The position numbers and the translations under genes were made by a program. 64,000 nt of DNA from Isurus oxyrinchus (lineage: Eukaryota): positions 100,254,001 to 100,318,000 of the forward strand of contig JANJGN010000001.1 in NCBI GenBank assembly GCA_026770705.1. Direction: 5' to 3'. The first letter of the stretch is position 1. Every line of letters begins with the position of its first letter. The notes under the pieces are model-generated. The model saw only the letters and a list, made by a program, of their open reading frames with translations, was not told the DNA's origin and searched no databases. Shown piece by piece: positions 62,683-64,000 of this stretch.

Positions 62683-63079
62683 CACTGATTTCTATATTAT
62701 GTATCATTTATAAATGTGTCATGTTTTGCATCACTTCACAGTGACAAAGAAAACCGAGACAATGGGAAAACATGGCATGCTAACATTCAATACTCATTTC
62801 CCACTAATGCACACTGGAACAAATACATAGATATAAAATAGCATGAAAAAGAATGAAACAGTATATAACACTTTTTGGCCCATCAAACCAGGTTCCTCCA
62901 TGACCATATGCGATCCTTCCTTATCCAAACTGTCTAAAACTGCCTGCTGATGGGCTCTACATATTTTCTCTTATCTCTCTCCCAATGTAATTCAATAATA
63001 TAGTGGTCAGCACTATTATTTTCCTCACAGTATTAAAATTACACTAATTGCACTTATCCTTTGAAGTCTTAATCCTATT

Positions 63080-63830
63080 CCTGGATAAGATGAAGGTGGA
63101 GAGAGATGTAATAAGATGGAAGGGTTTAAAATAAGAGAATTCAGGAATGTAGAGCCATGGTACCTGAAGATGATATAGAGAAGGGGAAGGTCAGAGTGAG
63201 AGAGAAAGGGATCACAAGCTGAGACATAGGACTAGAGGAGGTTGAAAAGGTAGGTAAGGTAGGACACAAGATGGAGGAATTTATAAAGGATTTAGAAATG
63301 CATTGAGGGCAGGGAGCCATCAGTGATCAGCACAAACAGAAATGATAGATGAATAGGAGTCGGTACAATAGGATGTGAGCGGCCAAATTTTTGGCGAGTT
63401 AAGGTGAAGCACAGAGGAGTGAGAGGAGTGCTGAGGTAGCAGGCATGGTTGAGAATTTCAGTGCTGGTGGAAGTGTGATAGGAATCAAGGCTGGTAATAT
63501 TTAAGAGGTCAGAGATAGGTGACCTTGAAGACTGAGAGGATATCAGAATTGCAGTTCAGCTCATGATCAAACGGGTCTCTGCAGGTCAAAACAAGATGGT
63601 TGTTCTGATGTTGCATTGGAGAAAGCAATGGCTCATTTACAATTTGATATTAGGTAAGCATTCAAACAACACAGCAACAATCAAGGTTCATGACAGAGAT
63701 AATATTGGGTCTTGTCAACATGCAAAGTTGGGGGAAAGATCTTAAGAGTTTTGAAAACAAGGGTAAGACTTTTAAAATAGAGACATTGTTGGAGCAAGAG
63801 CCAATGTAGGTCAGCAAGCAGGTGAGTAAT
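63080..63830 (-). mobile_element. Old L2 LINE remnant
   Basis: Purine-rich plus strand with L2-like segments (gagccaatgtaggtcagcaagc) typical of an antisense L2 RT/3' region. Confidence 0.5.
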
Positions 63831-64000
63831 GGATGAACCCCCCACTTCCTTGGGCCAATTCTCGTCCTCTCTGCCCTGTGGGTACTGTGGATCCAAGATT
63901 GGCCAGCTGAGCCACCTGAGGACACACAAATCATGGAGTCTGGCAGACATCAGCCTCATTTCGAGGTGATGATGAGGATGCAAATCGTTAAAATATCATG

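Overview
Vertebrate genomic DNA, very probably from a cartilaginous fish (shark), judged from the repeat families and the shark-type J chain. Most of the window is nested transposable elements: CR1 LINEs with a zinc-finger/SGNH-esterase ORF1, a second ORF1-less CR1/L2-group LINE ('family B') with a tRNA-derived head, RTE and L2 remnants, PIF/Harbinger remnants and MITEs, DeuSINE-like SINEs, solo LTRs, and many Penelope-derived pieces carrying hammerhead-ribozyme motifs. One intact host gene is present, a 4-exon immunoglobulin J chain gene (JCHAIN, + strand, CDS 47042-62551, 172 aa) with an unusual cysteine set. The most striking element is a 4.2-kb class III (tRNA-Ser-primed, ERV-S-like) endogenous retrovirus at 26828-31031. 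Part of its pol gene is replaced by an intronless 327-nt piece of the cellular mRNA-export gene GLE1. That piece is circularly permuted and terminally redundant, as expected from reverse transcription once around a back-spliced circular RNA. All family assignments come from motif recognition by eye; no searches were run.
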